Source: an uncultured Staphylococcus sp.
GTDB taxonomy: Bacteria > Bacteroidota > Bacteroidia > Bacteroidales > Muribaculaceae
Direction: 5' to 3'
Assembly: GCA_964619395.1 (NCBI GenBank)
Contig: CAZUEY010000001.1
Location: forward strand, 7,650 to 71,649
DNA: 64,000 nt
Shown here: positions 9,034 through 19,572 of the stretch, one piece after another
Layout of the letters: each line of letters begins with the position of its first letter
Position numbering within the stretch: position 1 is the first letter of the stretch
Translations under genes and position numbers: made by a program
Notes under the pieces: model-generated
Databases searched by the model: none
Told to the model about the DNA's origin: nothing
What the model saw: only the letters and a program-made list of their open reading frames with translations

Positions 9034-9789
9034 TTAGAAGGCGTTTACAATGCCCATGAATGATTCGGCTTCAAGAGAAGCACCACCTATAAGACCGCCA
9101 TCAACGTCGGGCTTCGCAAACAATGCGGCTGCGTTTGAGGGCTTGCAGCTGCCACCATATAATATAGAGGTGTTATCTGCTACTTCCTTGCCATATTTAT
9201 CCTCGATGGTTTTGCGAATGAAGGCATGCATCTCCTGAGCCTGATCGTCGGTCGCAGTTTTGCCGGTGCCGATAGCCCATACAGGTTCGTAAGCAAGGAT
9301 TATCTTACCAAACTCATCAGCGTCGAGGTTAAAGAGTCCCTCCTCAAGCTGTGCTTTTACAACATCAAGGTATGTGCCATTCTCGCGCTGCTCGAGCACT
9401 TCGCCAATGCAGAAGATAGGGGTGAGGTTATTGTCGAGGGCGAGTCTCACTTTTTCGCGGAGTGTCTCGGAGGTCTCGCCGTAATACTGACGACGTTCGG
9501 AGTGTCCGAGGATCACGTAGGTAGCACCTGTAGAAGCCACCATGGGGGCTGAAACTTCACCTGTATATGCACCGGAACGATGGTCGGCACAATTCTCAGC
9601 ACCAAGGCCGAGGAGCTTCTGGTCGATTACATTATTGATTGAAGCAAGGTGTGTGAAGGGAACGCAGATGATCACATCACATTTAGCGTCAGCCCCTTCA
9701 AGAGCCTTGTTAACTTCCTGAGCAAGTTTGATACCCTCCGGCAGGGTGGTATTCATCTTCCAGTTGCCGGCTACAATATTTTTCCTCAT
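9034..9789 (-). CDS. tpiA: Triosephosphate isomerase
   Basis: 'AGNWKMN', 'GHSERR', '[11 protein letters not shown]', '[10 protein letters not shown]'. Confidence 0.98.
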   Translation of the reverse strand: MRKNIVAGNWKMNTTLPEGIKLAQEVNKALEGADAKCDVIICVPFTHLASINNVIDQKLLGLGAENCADHRSGAYTGEVSAPMVASTGATYVILGHSERRQYYGETSETLREKVRLALDNNLTPIFCIGEVLEQRENGTYLDVVKAQLEEGLFNLDADEFGKIILAYEPVWAIGTGKTATDDQAQEMHAFIRKTIEDKYGKEVADNTSILYGGSCKPSNAAALFAKPDVDGGLIGGASLEAESFMGIVNAF

Positions 9790-9831
9790 TTTCGAATTTG
9801 GTTAAATGTATGGAGTTCTTTTTTTCGACCA

Positions 9832-9880
9832 CAAAATTAGTTGTTTCTACTGAATAATTCAACAAAAACAACTAAATTTG
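9832..9880. promoter_or_regulatory. Back-to-back divergent -7 elements for tpiA and purT
   Basis: TAATTTTG on minus (9832-9839) and TAAATTTG on plus (9873-9880). Confidence 0.6.
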
Positions 9881-9925
9881 CATCCTCAAACTACCGATGG
9901 TTTAACGCAAAAATCTCCATATAAG

Positions 9926-11110
9926 ATGGCAAAAATTGGAAGCAAATGGACAAAAAGCGGCCGCAAAGCTATGCTTTTAGGCAGTGGTGAATTGGGTAAA
10001 GAGGTGGCTATCGAGCTCCAGAGAATGGGGATCGAAGTGGTGGCCTGCGATAAATATGCCAATGCTCCTGCTATGCAGGTGGCAGATAAATGCCGTGTCT
10101 TCAGCATGCTTGATGGGGAGGCTCTCAGAAGTGCAATCACAGAGGAAAATCCTGATCATATAATTCCCGAAGTAGAAGCGATTGCTACCCCTGTGTTAGT
10201 AGAACTCGAAAAAGAGGGATACCATGTGACTCCTACCGCTAACGCGGCTCTACTTACCATGAATCGCGAGGGCATCAGGCGTCTTGCGGCTGAAGATCTT
10301 GGCATTAAGACTTCGGAATATCGTTTTGCCTCCGATTTCGAGGAATTCAAAAAAGCAGTTGAGGATGTGGGAATTCCCTGTGTGGTTAAGCCAATCATGT
10401 CGTCGAGTGGACATGGGCAGAGCGTGGTGAAAACTTCTTCTGATATTGAGAAAGCATGGAAAATTGCCCAGGAGGGTGGCCGTGCTGGCGCCGGAAGGGT
10501 AATTGTTGAAGGCTTTGTGGATTTCGACTATGAAATCACGTTGCTCACCGTCAGATCCGTTGCCGGTACATCTTTCTGTGAACCGATTGGTCATATTCAA
10601 GTCGATGGCGACTATCGCTATTCATGGCAGCCGCAACCTATGAGCGCAGAAGCTAAAAAGTCAGCCCAGGAAATTGCTAAAAAGGTGACGGACGCTCTCG
10701 GCGGATATGGTATCTTTGGCGTTGAGCTTTTCATTAAAGGTGATGAGGTGATCTTCTCGGAGGTTTCACCCCGTCCTCACGATACCGGAATGGTGACAAT
10801 GATATCCCAGGAATTGAGCGAATTTGCTCTTCATGCACGAGCTCTCACAGGACTTCCCGTCCCGGAGATCAGATTTTTAGGCCCGTCAGCTTCACGTGCT
10901 ATTGTGGTTGAGGGCGACAGCAAGGAGATTGTCATGGATAATCTCGACGCTGTCCTTGAGGAGCCTGGTGTCCAGATGAGAATTTTTGGTAAGCCTGAAG
11001 TTAAAGGACATCGTCGCATGGGTGTGATTCTCGCCACTGCCGACAGTGTTGATGAAGCCCGTGAGAAAGCTGAAAGAGCTTATTCCAAGCTCAAGATTGA
11101 GGTGAAGTGA
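9926..11110 (+). CDS. purT: Formate-dependent phosphoribosylglycinamide formyltransferase
   Basis: '[10 protein letters not shown]', '[12 protein letters not shown]', '[10 protein letters not shown]'. The TTG at 9878 lies inside the promoter, so the ATG at 9926 is used. Confidence 0.96.
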   Translation: MAKIGSKWTKSGRKAMLLGSGELGKEVAIELQRMGIEVVACDKYANAPAMQVADKCRVFSMLDGEALRSAITEENPDHIIPEVEAIATPVLVELEKEGYHVTPTANAALLTMNREGIRRLAAEDLGIKTSEYRFASDFEEFKKAVEDVGIPCVVKPIMSSSGHGQSVVKTSSDIEKAWKIAQEGGRAGAGRVIVEGFVDFDYEITLLTVRSVAGTSFCEPIGHIQVDGDYRYSWQPQPMSAEAKKSAQEIAKKVTDALGGYGIFGVELFIKGDEVIFSEVSPRPHDTGMVTMISQELSEFALHARALTGLPVPEIRFLGPSASRAIVVEGDSKEIVMDNLDAVLEEPGVQMRIFGKPEVKGHRRMGVILATADSVDEAREKAERAYSKLKIEVK

Positions 11111-11258
11111 ATTTCAAAAGCTTGACTAACTCACCGATAGGTCTTGTGGATTAGATAATGATTAAAAATTTAACATTTATGATGCTGCTCATTTGATTGG
11201 TTATTAGTGGGTTGTGAAAGCAGTGAATGTTAAATTTTTCATTAAAAGTCTGTAACTG

Positions 11259-11289
11259 TTGCATATTTGTATAATTGTTATTAACTTTG
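11259..11289 (+). promoter_or_regulatory. Sigma-A promoter with no downstream ORF
   Basis: TTG (11259-11261), 20-nt spacer, TAACTTTG (11282-11289). Confidence 0.65.
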
Positions 11290-11293
11290 CAAC

Positions 11294-11470
11294 GCAAATG
11301 TCGTTTTGCCCGGACGGGTGAGAACATTTGTTGAATGACGAATTTGTGTTCAACTATTCGGCGTTCAGAAAAATAGCATAATAGTAAATGTGTTTTTATG
11401 TTAGGTTTGTAGAGTCTTATTGCTAAGACTACAACACGACTTCTCCGTGAGGAGAGGTCGTGTTGTCGTT
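11294..11470 (+). ncRNA. Candidate small RNA (~175 nt)
   Basis: Consensus promoter, four hairpins (11295-11330, 11330-11354, 11413-11430, 11431-11466 with GTGA tetraloop), no ORF in the track. Confidence 0.6.
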
Positions 11471-11701
11471 AAGAAACTTGCTTTATTTGATCCTATCGGC
11501 CGGAGATTGATTTCTTAATTGAAATTGGTTTTCGCGAATTTCATCAGGAAGTGTGATATAGGGGAGTGCCGGCACTTTTCTAACTTCTCAGGAGAACTCT
11601 TTTGGAGGGTCAAAATATGCTCATAAATTGGGAGTGTATTGATTTGGAAAAGAGTGCGGAAATTATTAACTTCGCAGTGATTTTCCACAGACTCCCTGTC
11701 T

Positions 11702-12556
11702 ATGTTCAAACCATTTTCTCTCAACCTGAAAGGTCGGCTGCGGATCTTTGATCGTCCGGCGGTGATGGGCATTGTAAATGTCACATCTGATTCTTTTTTT
11801 AGTAGCTCGAGAGCTGCTTCTGAGAAGGAGGTGTATAGCCGGGTTGAGAGTATGCTCCGACAAGGAGTTGATATTATCGATTTAGGGGGTGTGTCCACAC
11901 GGCCTGGTAGTCATGGCGTAGATGAGGATACTGAGATGCAGAGAGTAGAACTGGGTCTCAAGGCTATACGAAGTCTTGATGCCTCTATCCCGGTTTCCGT
12001 AGATACTTATCGGTCGGCTGTAGCCCGTTTTGCTGTTGAAGAATGTCAGGCAGACATCATCAATGATATTTCGGGCGGAATTTTCGACCCTCGGATGTTT
12101 GACACCATAGCTCAACTGAAAGTACCTTACATTCTCTGCCATACTCCCTCGATGCCGGAGGATATGCAGATGAAATGCGACTATGATGATGTCACAGCCG
12201 AGGTGATTAAGAGTCTTTCGACAAAATTGAGAGACCTTCATCTGCTCGGCGTTTCGGATGTGATTGTTGATCCGGGATTCGGGTTTGGCAAGACTGTAGA
12301 TCAAAACTACCGGATGATTTCTGAACTTCAAGCATTTTCGGTGCTTAATTCTCCAATTCTGGTTGGAATCTCTCGGAAGTCCATGATAACTGCTGCATTG
12401 GGTGTTTCCATGGAAGAAGCCTTGACAGGCACCATAGCGCTAAATTCTGTAGCCTTGATGAATGGGGCTTCGATTATCCGCGTTCATGATGTTAAAGAGG
12501 CTCTCCAGGTTGTGAAAATCGTCCAACTTTGTGACGGTGAAAGTAGAAAAAGTTAA
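11702..12556 (+). CDS. folP: Dihydropteroate synthase
   Basis: 'MGIVNVTSDSF', 'DLGGVSTRPG', 'SVDTY', 'DPGFGFGK', 'SRKS', 'RVHDV'. Confidence 0.96.
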   Translation: MFKPFSLNLKGRLRIFDRPAVMGIVNVTSDSFFSSSRAASEKEVYSRVESMLRQGVDIIDLGGVSTRPGSHGVDEDTEMQRVELGLKAIRSLDASIPVSVDTYRSAVARFAVEECQADIINDISGGIFDPRMFDTIAQLKVPYILCHTPSMPEDMQMKCDYDDVTAEVIKSLSTKLRDLHLLGVSDVIVDPGFGFGKTVDQNYRMISELQAFSVLNSPILVGISRKSMITAALGVSMEEALTGTIALNSVALMNGASIIRVHDVKEALQVVKIVQLCDGESRKS

Positions 12557-12577
12557 AGATAAAAAATTTTATCCTCT

Positions 12578-13354
12578 ATGGATCATTTTGGCATAAAAGA
12601 TGCGTTTGATGTTGCGATAGTCGGGCTCCTCCTGTTCTATCTCTACAGAATCATGAAAGAGAGTGGCACGCTCAACGTGTTTTTCGGTGTGCTTGCCTTT
12701 ATGGTCGTGTGGGTGCTTACCTCACAGATAATCGAGCTGAGACTGCTTGGCACGATCCTTGATCAGTTTATGGGGATTGGGCTCCTTGTGCTCGTGATTT
12801 TGTTTCAGGATCAGATCAAACGATTTCTCGTGGAACTGGGTGACCATAAGAGATGGCGGTTTCTAAAAACACTATTCCGTCACGATAAGAATAACTCTCC
12901 AGAGGATACTCGCAAATATGTGCTTCCTATCGTCTATGCTTGTATCAACATGTCAAAGACCAAGACAGGCGCTCTGATAGTGATCCGGCAGGAGATATCT
13001 CTCGAATCCTACGAGAAAAGTGGAGATATAATTGATGCTGACATCAATTCCCGCTTGATAGAAAATATCTTTTTCAAGAACTCTCCACTCCACGATGGGG
13101 CAATGATCATAGATCACGACCGCATTCGAAGTGCCGGGTGTATTCTTCCGGTGAGTCATGATAGGAATGTGCCTCGTTCATTGGGTTTGCGTCACCGTTC
13201 GGCCTTAGGTATCTCACAGGCAACTGATGCATTTGCGATTGTTGTCTCGGAGGAGACCGGCTATATCTCCGTGGCCCATCGGGGGACACTCTCCACACGC
13301 CTTAGCTCTGCCGAACTGGAGCATCGTCTCTCCTCTGTGATGGCAAAAGATTGA
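12578..13354 (+). CDS. cdaA: Membrane-bound diadenylate cyclase (CdaA/DacA family)
   Basis: Three N-terminal TM helices plus DAC motifs 'SPLHDGA', 'GLRHRSA', 'VSEETG'. Confidence 0.93.
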   Translation: MDHFGIKDAFDVAIVGLLLFYLYRIMKESGTLNVFFGVLAFMVVWVLTSQIIELRLLGTILDQFMGIGLLVLVILFQDQIKRFLVELGDHKRWRFLKTLFRHDKNNSPEDTRKYVLPIVYACINMSKTKTGALIVIRQEISLESYEKSGDIIDADINSRLIENIFFKNSPLHDGAMIIDHDRIRSAGCILPVSHDRNVPRSLGLRHRSALGISQATDAFAIVVSEETGYISVAHRGTLSTRLSSAELEHRLSSVMAKD

Positions 13355-13388
13355 TGTGGAATCCGGCTCAAAAATTGCATTTGAATAC

Positions 13389-13419
13389 TTGCTGAACAGA
13401 GGAAAATTTAGTACCTTTG
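13389..13419 (+). promoter_or_regulatory. gyrB promoter
   Basis: TTG (13389-13391), 20-nt spacer, TACCTTTG (13412-13419). Confidence 0.6.
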
Positions 13420-13453
13420 TATGCAAATAAAAGAGAATAAACAGTAAAAAATT

Positions 13454-15394
13454 ATGTCAGAAGACAAGAATCGCGACGAAGTTTACAGCGCGAGTAATAT
13501 TCAGGTCCTCGAGGGCCTTGAGGCGGTAAGAAAACGCCCCGCAATGTATATCGGTGATATTAGTTTTAAGGGCCTCCACCATTTGGTCTATGAGGTGGTT
13601 GACAATTCAATAGATGAGGCTCTTGCCGGCTACGCCACTCACATCGAAGTTACTATAAATAAGGATAACTCCATCACCGTGGTCGACAATGGTCGCGGTA
13701 TCCCGGTGGATATGCACGAGAAAGAACATAAGAGCGCTCTCGAGGTGGTCCTGACCGTGCTCCATGCAGGTGGTAAATTCGACAAGGGTTCATATAAAGT
13801 TTCAGGAGGTCTCCATGGTGTAGGTGTCTCCTGTGTTAATGCTCTTTCCTCTTATCTTCGCGCTGAAGTGAGAAGAGATGGCAAGGTCTACATGCAGGAA
13901 TATGCTTTCGGTAAACCAACCACTGAGCTTACAGTGATAGGGGAGAGCGATACTACCGGTACAACCGTCACCTTCCTCCCTGACGACTCAATCTTTACTG
14001 TCACTGAGTATGATTATGATACTCTTGCCAACCGACTCCGGGATCTTGCCTTCTTGAATGCCGGCATCAGGCTTATACTTACTGATATGAGAAAAATCGA
14101 TGCTGACGGTAATCCCCGCAGCGAGACTTTCTACTCGAGTGAGGGCTTGAGCCAGTTTGTGGAATATCTCGATTCAAATAAGGAGTCGTTGATCAACGAT
14201 GTCATTCATCTTAACACCGAGCGACAGGGTATCCCGGTGGAGGTTGCTCTGACTTATAATACCTCCTTCAATGAAAATGTCTACTCGTATGTCAATAATA
14301 TCCACACTATAGAGGGTGGTACACACCTGGCCGGTTTCCGAAGAGGTTTGACAAGCACGCTTAAAAAGTATGCCGAAGACAATAAGCTGCTCGACAAGAT
14401 CAAGGTTGAGGTGTCAGGCGATGACTTCCGCGAGGGCCTTACGGCTGTAATCTCAGTGAAGGTGCTCGAGCCTCAGTTTGAGGGTCAGACCAAGACCAAA
14501 CTCGGCAATAGCGAAGTCAACGGTGCTGTTTCGGCCGCCGTAAGTGAAGCTCTGAGAAATTACCTCGAGGAGCATCCTCGCCAGGCTAAGATTATTGTAG
14601 AAAAGGTGGCTTTGGCTGCTCAGGCTCGTCACGCCGCCATGAGAGCCCGCCAAAATATTCAGCGCAAATCTCCCCTCACCGGTGGTGGGCTTCCCGGCAA
14701 ACTTGCCGACTGCTCTTCCCGCCACGCTGAGGATTGTGAACTCTTCCTTGTCGAAGGTGACTCTGCAGGTGGTACAGCAAAGCAGGGGCGCAACCGTACC
14801 TTCCAGGCTATCCTTCCACTTCGAGGTAAAATCCTCAATGTAGAGAAAGCTATGGATCATAAGATTCTTGACAATCAGGAAATTACCAGCCTATATAGAG
14901 CCATGCGAGTCACAATCGGTACTGATGATGACCCCATGGAAGTCAATATTTCGCGCCTTGCCTACCATAAAATTATCATCATGACCGATGCCGATGTCGA
15001 TGGTAGCCATATCGCAACTCTTCTCATGACTTTCTTCTTCCGCCGTATGCGTCCCATTATCGAGCAAGGTTATCTGTATCTGGCTACACCTCCGCTTTAT
15101 AAATGCACACGAGGCAAGGTCGAGGAGTATTGCTGGACTGATGCTCAGGTTCAACAGTTTATCGCTATAAATGGCGATAAGACCAAAGTGCAACGCTATA
15201 AAGGTCTGGGTGAGATGAGTGCCGAAGAGCTTCGCGACACCACTATGGATCCTGAGCAGCGACTTCTTAAACAAGTGACCATCTCTGATGCTGTGGAGGC
15301 CGACAGAATTTTCTCCATGCTGATGGGCGAAGATGTCGCACCGCGTAAAGATTTTATCGAGGAAAACGCAAATTATGCAAACATTGATGCTTAA
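13454..15394 (+). CDS. gyrB: DNA gyrase subunit B
   Basis: 'RKRPAMYIG', 'EVVDNSIDE', 'GGLHGVG', 'EGDSAGG', 'PLRGKILN', 'DADVDG', 'QRYKGLGEM'. Confidence 0.95.
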   Translation: MSEDKNRDEVYSASNIQVLEGLEAVRKRPAMYIGDISFKGLHHLVYEVVDNSIDEALAGYATHIEVTINKDNSITVVDNGRGIPVDMHEKEHKSALEVVLTVLHAGGKFDKGSYKVSGGLHGVGVSCVNALSSYLRAEVRRDGKVYMQEYAFGKPTTELTVIGESDTTGTTVTFLPDDSIFTVTEYDYDTLANRLRDLAFLNAGIRLILTDMRKIDADGNPRSETFYSSEGLSQFVEYLDSNKESLINDVIHLNTERQGIPVEVALTYNTSFNENVYSYVNNIHTIEGGTHLAGFRRGLTSTLKKYAEDNKLLDKIKVEVSGDDFREGLTAVISVKVLEPQFEGQTKTKLGNSEVNGAVSAAVSEALRNYLEEHPRQAKIIVEKVALAAQARHAAMRARQNIQRKSPLTGGGLPGKLADCSSRHAEDCELFLVEGDSAGGTAKQGRNRTFQAILPLRGKILNVEKAMDHKILDNQEITSLYRAMRVTIGTDDDPMEVNISRLAYHKIIIMTDADVDGSHIATLLMTFFFRRMRPIIEQGYLYLATPPLYKCTRGKVEEYCWTDAQVQQFIAINGDKTKVQRYKGLGEMSAEELRDTTMDPEQRLLKQVTISDAVEADRIFSMLMGEDVAPRKDFIEENANYANIDA

Positions 15395-15471
15395 ACATCC
15401 ATAGGTGTTTTAGCGTTATCTACTTAAAGGTCGCTTTTTTATCGATCTCAAACCTCGATTTATTTTATCCT

Positions 15472-17712
15472 ATGACTAAAATCAAAAATCCAAAGTCACC
15501 CAAAAACGCTGCTGCCCTTGAGAATAGGGTGAAGGAGTTTGTGATTCAGCAAAAAAATAACACCTATAATTACAAGCAGGTGTCGCACGCTATCGGTGCA
15601 TCTACTGCTACTCAACAACGTAATGTAGCTCTAATGCTCGTCGAGATGGCCTTCAATGGTGAAATCATTGAAGTGTCGCCCGGCAAATATAAGTCGCCTC
15701 AGCGCGGCAACGAGGCCATAGGTGTTTTCGTCAGAAGGAGCAATGGAAAGAATTCTGTTGTCACTGACACTGATGGCGAAACAATTTCCGTTGCCGAACG
15801 CAATTCGATGCATGCTCTGAATGGCGATCGTGTAAGAGTCAATATTGCTGCGCGCCGTCGTGGTGTAGAGCCTGAGGCTGAAGTCATAGAGATTCTTGAA
15901 AAGAAGGAACAGACCTTTATAGGTACACTTAAGGTAGATCGCCACTTTGGCTATCTCCTCACTGACTCAAAGTTTCTTGCCACAGATATTTTTATACCCA
16001 AAGCAAAACTCAAAGGGGGAAAGACCGGTGATAAGGCAATAGTCAGGATTGTTGAGTGGAAAGATGATAGCAAAAATCCTTCAGGTGAGGTAGTTGATAT
16101 CCTCGGTAAGAGTGGTGAAAACAATACCGAGATCCACGCTATCCTCGCCGAGTTTGGCCTACCGTATAAATATCCTGCTGCGGTTGAGAAGGCTGCTGAC
16201 AAGATTCAAGCCGGTATCACTGATGAGGAGGTGGCTAAGCGTATCGATATGCGCGATGTCCTTACCTTCACAATCGATCCCGTTGATGCCAAAGATTTCG
16301 ACGATGCTCTCTCATTTAAGAAGTTAAAGAATGGCAACTATGAAATAGGTGTCCACATTGCCGATGTCACTCACTATGTCACTCCCGATACTATTATCGA
16401 ACGTGAGGCACAGCAACGCGCCACTTCGGTTTATCTTGTTGATAGGGTAGTTCCTATGTTGCCTGAGCATCTTTGTAATGGGATATGCTCGCTTCGCCCC
16501 AATGAGGAGAAGCTGGCTTTCTCTGTTATCTTCGAGATGAATGATGAGGCTAAAGTGTTAAAATCGAAAATTGCCAAGACTGTCATAAAATCTGATCGTA
16601 GGTTTTCTTATGAGGAGGCTCAGGATGTTATCGAGACCGGGCTTGGCGACTGTGTCGAAGAGATTCAAAAACTCAACGAGCTCGCTAAGATTCTCCGTCA
16701 TCGTCGCTATGAGGATGGCTCTGTAGAATTTGACCGCGCTGAGGTGAAATTTCATATTGATAAGGAGGGTAAACCTCTTGGAGTATTTTTCAAGGTTTCG
16801 AAGGATGCTAATAAGCTCATCGAGGAGTTTATGCTTCTTGCCAACAAGACAGTTGCTACCTTCGTGGGTAAACCTGCCGGCAAGAAGAAACCCAAGGCTT
16901 TTGTCTATCGAGTGCATGATGTGCCTGACCCTTCACGCCTTGCTGATTTTGCCGCTATTGCCCGTTCGTTCGGATATAAGGTAAAATCCTCAGGTACCCC
17001 TCGTGAGATCAACAGGTCAATCAATAAGATGCTTAAGGAGGTGAAGGGTAGAGGTGAGGAAAACTATCTCTCCACACTTGCAATCCGTTCGATGGCAAAG
17101 GCCATTTACACAACCGATAATATCGGCCACTACGGGCTCGGTTTTGAATATTATACTCATTTCACTTCTCCAATCCGTCGCTTCCCTGACATGATGGTTC
17201 ATCGCCTGCTTGAGAAATATCTCGCAGGGGGTAGAAGTGCCAATCTCCAGAAACTTGAGGAGCAGTGTAAGCATTCGAGCGAGATGGAGCAGTTGGCGTC
17301 CTCGGCTGAGCGTGCCTCGATAAAGTATAAACAAGTTGAATATATGATGGGTCATCTTGGCGAATCATATTCGGGCATCATTTCCGGTGTCACCGAATGG
17401 GGGCTCTATGTTGAACTCAACGACAACCTTTGCGAGGGCTTGGTGCCTATGCGAGATCTGGCTGATGACTACTACGATTTCGACGAGAAAAATCACTGCC
17501 TCGTGGGGCGTCGACACAACCACCGCTATCGCCTCGGTGATAATGTAAACATTAAGGTTGCGCGCGCTGACCTTGAAAAAAAACAGCTTGATTTCGTGCT
17601 GCTTGATGACAAGGGTAACGATCTTCGCCGCGAAGACGACATGGGCTCAAGAGTTTCTGTAGCTCAGGCGCTTTCTCAAAAACCAGGCAAGAAGAAACGT
17701 CGCAAAAGATAA
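15472..17712 (+). CDS. rnr: Ribonuclease R
   Basis: 'TIDPVDAKDFDDA', 'HIADV', 'IEEFMLLAN', 'YTHFTSPIRR', C-terminal S1 domain and basic tail. Confidence 0.96.
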   Translation: MTKIKNPKSPKNAAALENRVKEFVIQQKNNTYNYKQVSHAIGASTATQQRNVALMLVEMAFNGEIIEVSPGKYKSPQRGNEAIGVFVRRSNGKNSVVTDTDGETISVAERNSMHALNGDRVRVNIAARRRGVEPEAEVIEILEKKEQTFIGTLKVDRHFGYLLTDSKFLATDIFIPKAKLKGGKTGDKAIVRIVEWKDDSKNPSGEVVDILGKSGENNTEIHAILAEFGLPYKYPAAVEKAADKIQAGITDEEVAKRIDMRDVLTFTIDPVDAKDFDDALSFKKLKNGNYEIGVHIADVTHYVTPDTIIEREAQQRATSVYLVDRVVPMLPEHLCNGICSLRPNEEKLAFSVIFEMNDEAKVLKSKIAKTVIKSDRRFSYEEAQDVIETGLGDCVEEIQKLNELAKILRHRRYEDGSVEFDRAEVKFHIDKEGKPLGVFFKVSKDANKLIEEFMLLANKTVATFVGKPAGKKKPKAFVYRVHDVPDPSRLADFAAIARSFGYKVKSSGTPREINRSINKMLKEVKGRGEENYLSTLAIRSMAKAIYTTDNIGHYGLGFEYYTHFTSPIRRFPDMMVHRLLEKYLAGGRSANLQKLEEQCKHSSEMEQLASSAERASIKYKQVEYMMGHLGESYSGIISGVTEWGLYVELNDNLCEGLVPMRDLADDYYDFDEKNHCLVGRRHNHRYRLGDNVNIKVARADLEKKQLDFVLLDDKGNDLRREDDMGSRVSVAQALSQKPGKKKRRKR

Positions 17713-17763
17713 TCTCCCCAAAATCCACATCGCTCCCGGTGGTGACAGTAACTTCTAATTCCC

Positions 17764-18726
17764 ATGAAAGAATTTTCTGAATATCTCGCCATGGTCAATG
17801 AGGCGATAAGCAAACTTCGTCTCCCTCAATCTCCGGCCGGCTTATATGAACCTATAAGATACACCCTTGATTGTGGTGGTAAGCGTCTGCGACCGGTTCT
17901 GACCCTGGCTTCATGTCAATCACTTGGTGGGGATCCATCGTCTGCTATTCATCAGGCTGTGGCGATTGAAATGTTCCATAATTTCACGCTCCTTCATGAT
18001 GATGTCATGGATAAAGCAGATATCCGACGTGGACGCCCTACGGTCCATAAGCGTTGGAATGAGGAAACCGCAATCCTTTCCGGCGATGCAATGTTGACCA
18101 CCTCGGTAATGTTGCTAAGCATCAAGGCCGGTGACAAGATTGGGCAGGCCCTTGAGCTTTTCAACGGCACCGCTATGAATATCTATGAGGGGCAGCAACT
18201 CGACATGGATTTTGAAAAGCGCTTAGATGTGACAGTCGAGGAGTATATTGAGATGATTCGCCTCAAGACCTCTGTGTTACTTGGCTGTGCATGTGGTATG
18301 GGAGCGCTCATGGCAGGTGCTCCTTTCGAGAGTCAGCTCCAATTTTTTAACTATGGTGTCAATCTCGGACTTGCTTTCCAGTTACAGGATGATTTTCTGG
18401 ATAGTTTTGGCAATTCGGCAACCTTCGGAAAAGAGATAGGTGGCGATATCCTTAACGATAAGAAAACATGGTTGCTAATCATGGCTCTAAGAGAGGATAA
18501 GTCAGGTAAAATCCGGGAACTTATCGGTTCTTCAATTGACCCGGCAATGAAAATTGCCGAGGTGAAGGCCGTCTACGAATCTCTTAATCTCCCTGACAGG
18601 ATTCACGAACTTATCAGAGCTTATATCGACACTGCAATCAGCTGTCTTGATACTCTTCCAATTCCTCCTCAGGCCCGTAGTTTCTTCATTGAATTGGCGC
18701 TCAAATCTGCCACACGCAATAAGTAA
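17764..18726 (+). CDS. Polyprenyl diphosphate synthase (IspA-like)
   Basis: 'GGKRLRP', first Asp-rich motif 'LLHDDVMD...RRG', second 'FQLQDDFLD'. Confidence 0.93.
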   Translation: MKEFSEYLAMVNEAISKLRLPQSPAGLYEPIRYTLDCGGKRLRPVLTLASCQSLGGDPSSAIHQAVAIEMFHNFTLLHDDVMDKADIRRGRPTVHKRWNEETAILSGDAMLTTSVMLLSIKAGDKIGQALELFNGTAMNIYEGQQLDMDFEKRLDVTVEEYIEMIRLKTSVLLGCACGMGALMAGAPFESQLQFFNYGVNLGLAFQLQDDFLDSFGNSATFGKEIGGDILNDKKTWLLIMALREDKSGKIRELIGSSIDPAMKIAEVKAVYESLNLPDRIHELIRAYIDTAISCLDTLPIPPQARSFFIELALKSATRNK

Positions 18727-18752
18727 GATTCCAAGCATATAGCACTTCAATA

Positions 18753-19526
18753 ATGCTGATAGATACTCACACTCATCTCTATCTGGATGAGTTCTTGCCT
18801 GATAAAAATGAAGCCCTGATTAGGGCCATTGACTCCGGCGTAGGAAAGATGATATTCCCTAATGTCGATCTTTTAACTATTGAGCCTATGCGAGATCTCC
18901 ATAGGCGGTTTCCAACTGAGACATTTATGGCAATGGGATTGCATCCTACTGAAGTCAAGGCTGATTTTCCGCAAGCTCTAAAGATTGTGGAAGATGAACT
19001 GATTCTCCACTCTGACGATTATGTGGCTATAGGTGAGATAGGAATGGACCTCTATTGGGACAAGACTTTCCGTGAGGAGCAGATGAAGGCTTTTGAGACA
19101 CAATGCCGGTGGGCTATAGAAAGAGATTTGCCGGTAATTATCCATTGTCGGGAGGCTTTAGATGAGACTCTGGAGGTTCTCTCCGGTTTTTCTTGTAAGC
19201 CACGGGGCGTTTTTCACAGTTTTGGTGGCTCGCATGAAGATGTAGAGAAGATTAAGAAGGTGGGTGATTTCTATTTTGGCTTCAATGGGGTAGTGACATA
19301 TAAAAGTTTCCCCGGTTCCTCCACTCTGCAGGCTGTCGGAAAAGATAGAATCCTCCTTGAGACCGACTCTCCTTATTTATCACCGGTGCCGAGGAGGGGG
19401 CGACGCAACGAATCGTCGAATCTTACTTATATAGCCTCAAAGATTGCTGAGCTGATGGATATCCCTGTTCAAGAGGTGGAGGATGTCTCATCATCAAATG
19501 CCACAACTCTCTTCCGGATTTCTTAA
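18753..19526 (+). CDS. tatD: TatD family hydrolase/DNase
   Basis: 'DTHTH', 'GLHP', 'IGEIGMD', 'IHCREA', 'FHSF', 'ETDSPYL'. Confidence 0.93.
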   Translation: MLIDTHTHLYLDEFLPDKNEALIRAIDSGVGKMIFPNVDLLTIEPMRDLHRRFPTETFMAMGLHPTEVKADFPQALKIVEDELILHSDDYVAIGEIGMDLYWDKTFREEQMKAFETQCRWAIERDLPVIIHCREALDETLEVLSGFSCKPRGVFHSFGGSHEDVEKIKKVGDFYFGFNGVVTYKSFPGSSTLQAVGKDRILLETDSPYLSPVPRRGRRNESSNLTYIASKIAELMDIPVQEVEDVSSSNATTLFRIS

Positions 19527-19572
19527 GAATGTTCCCGCAGTTTTCTCCATTTCTTTTCAAAAGAACTATTTC

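Noticed and set aside
11515-11898. 127-aa minus-strand ORF overlapping the folP start, and other short antisense ORFs in the track
   Set aside because: They overlap well-supported genes and show no protein-like motifs.
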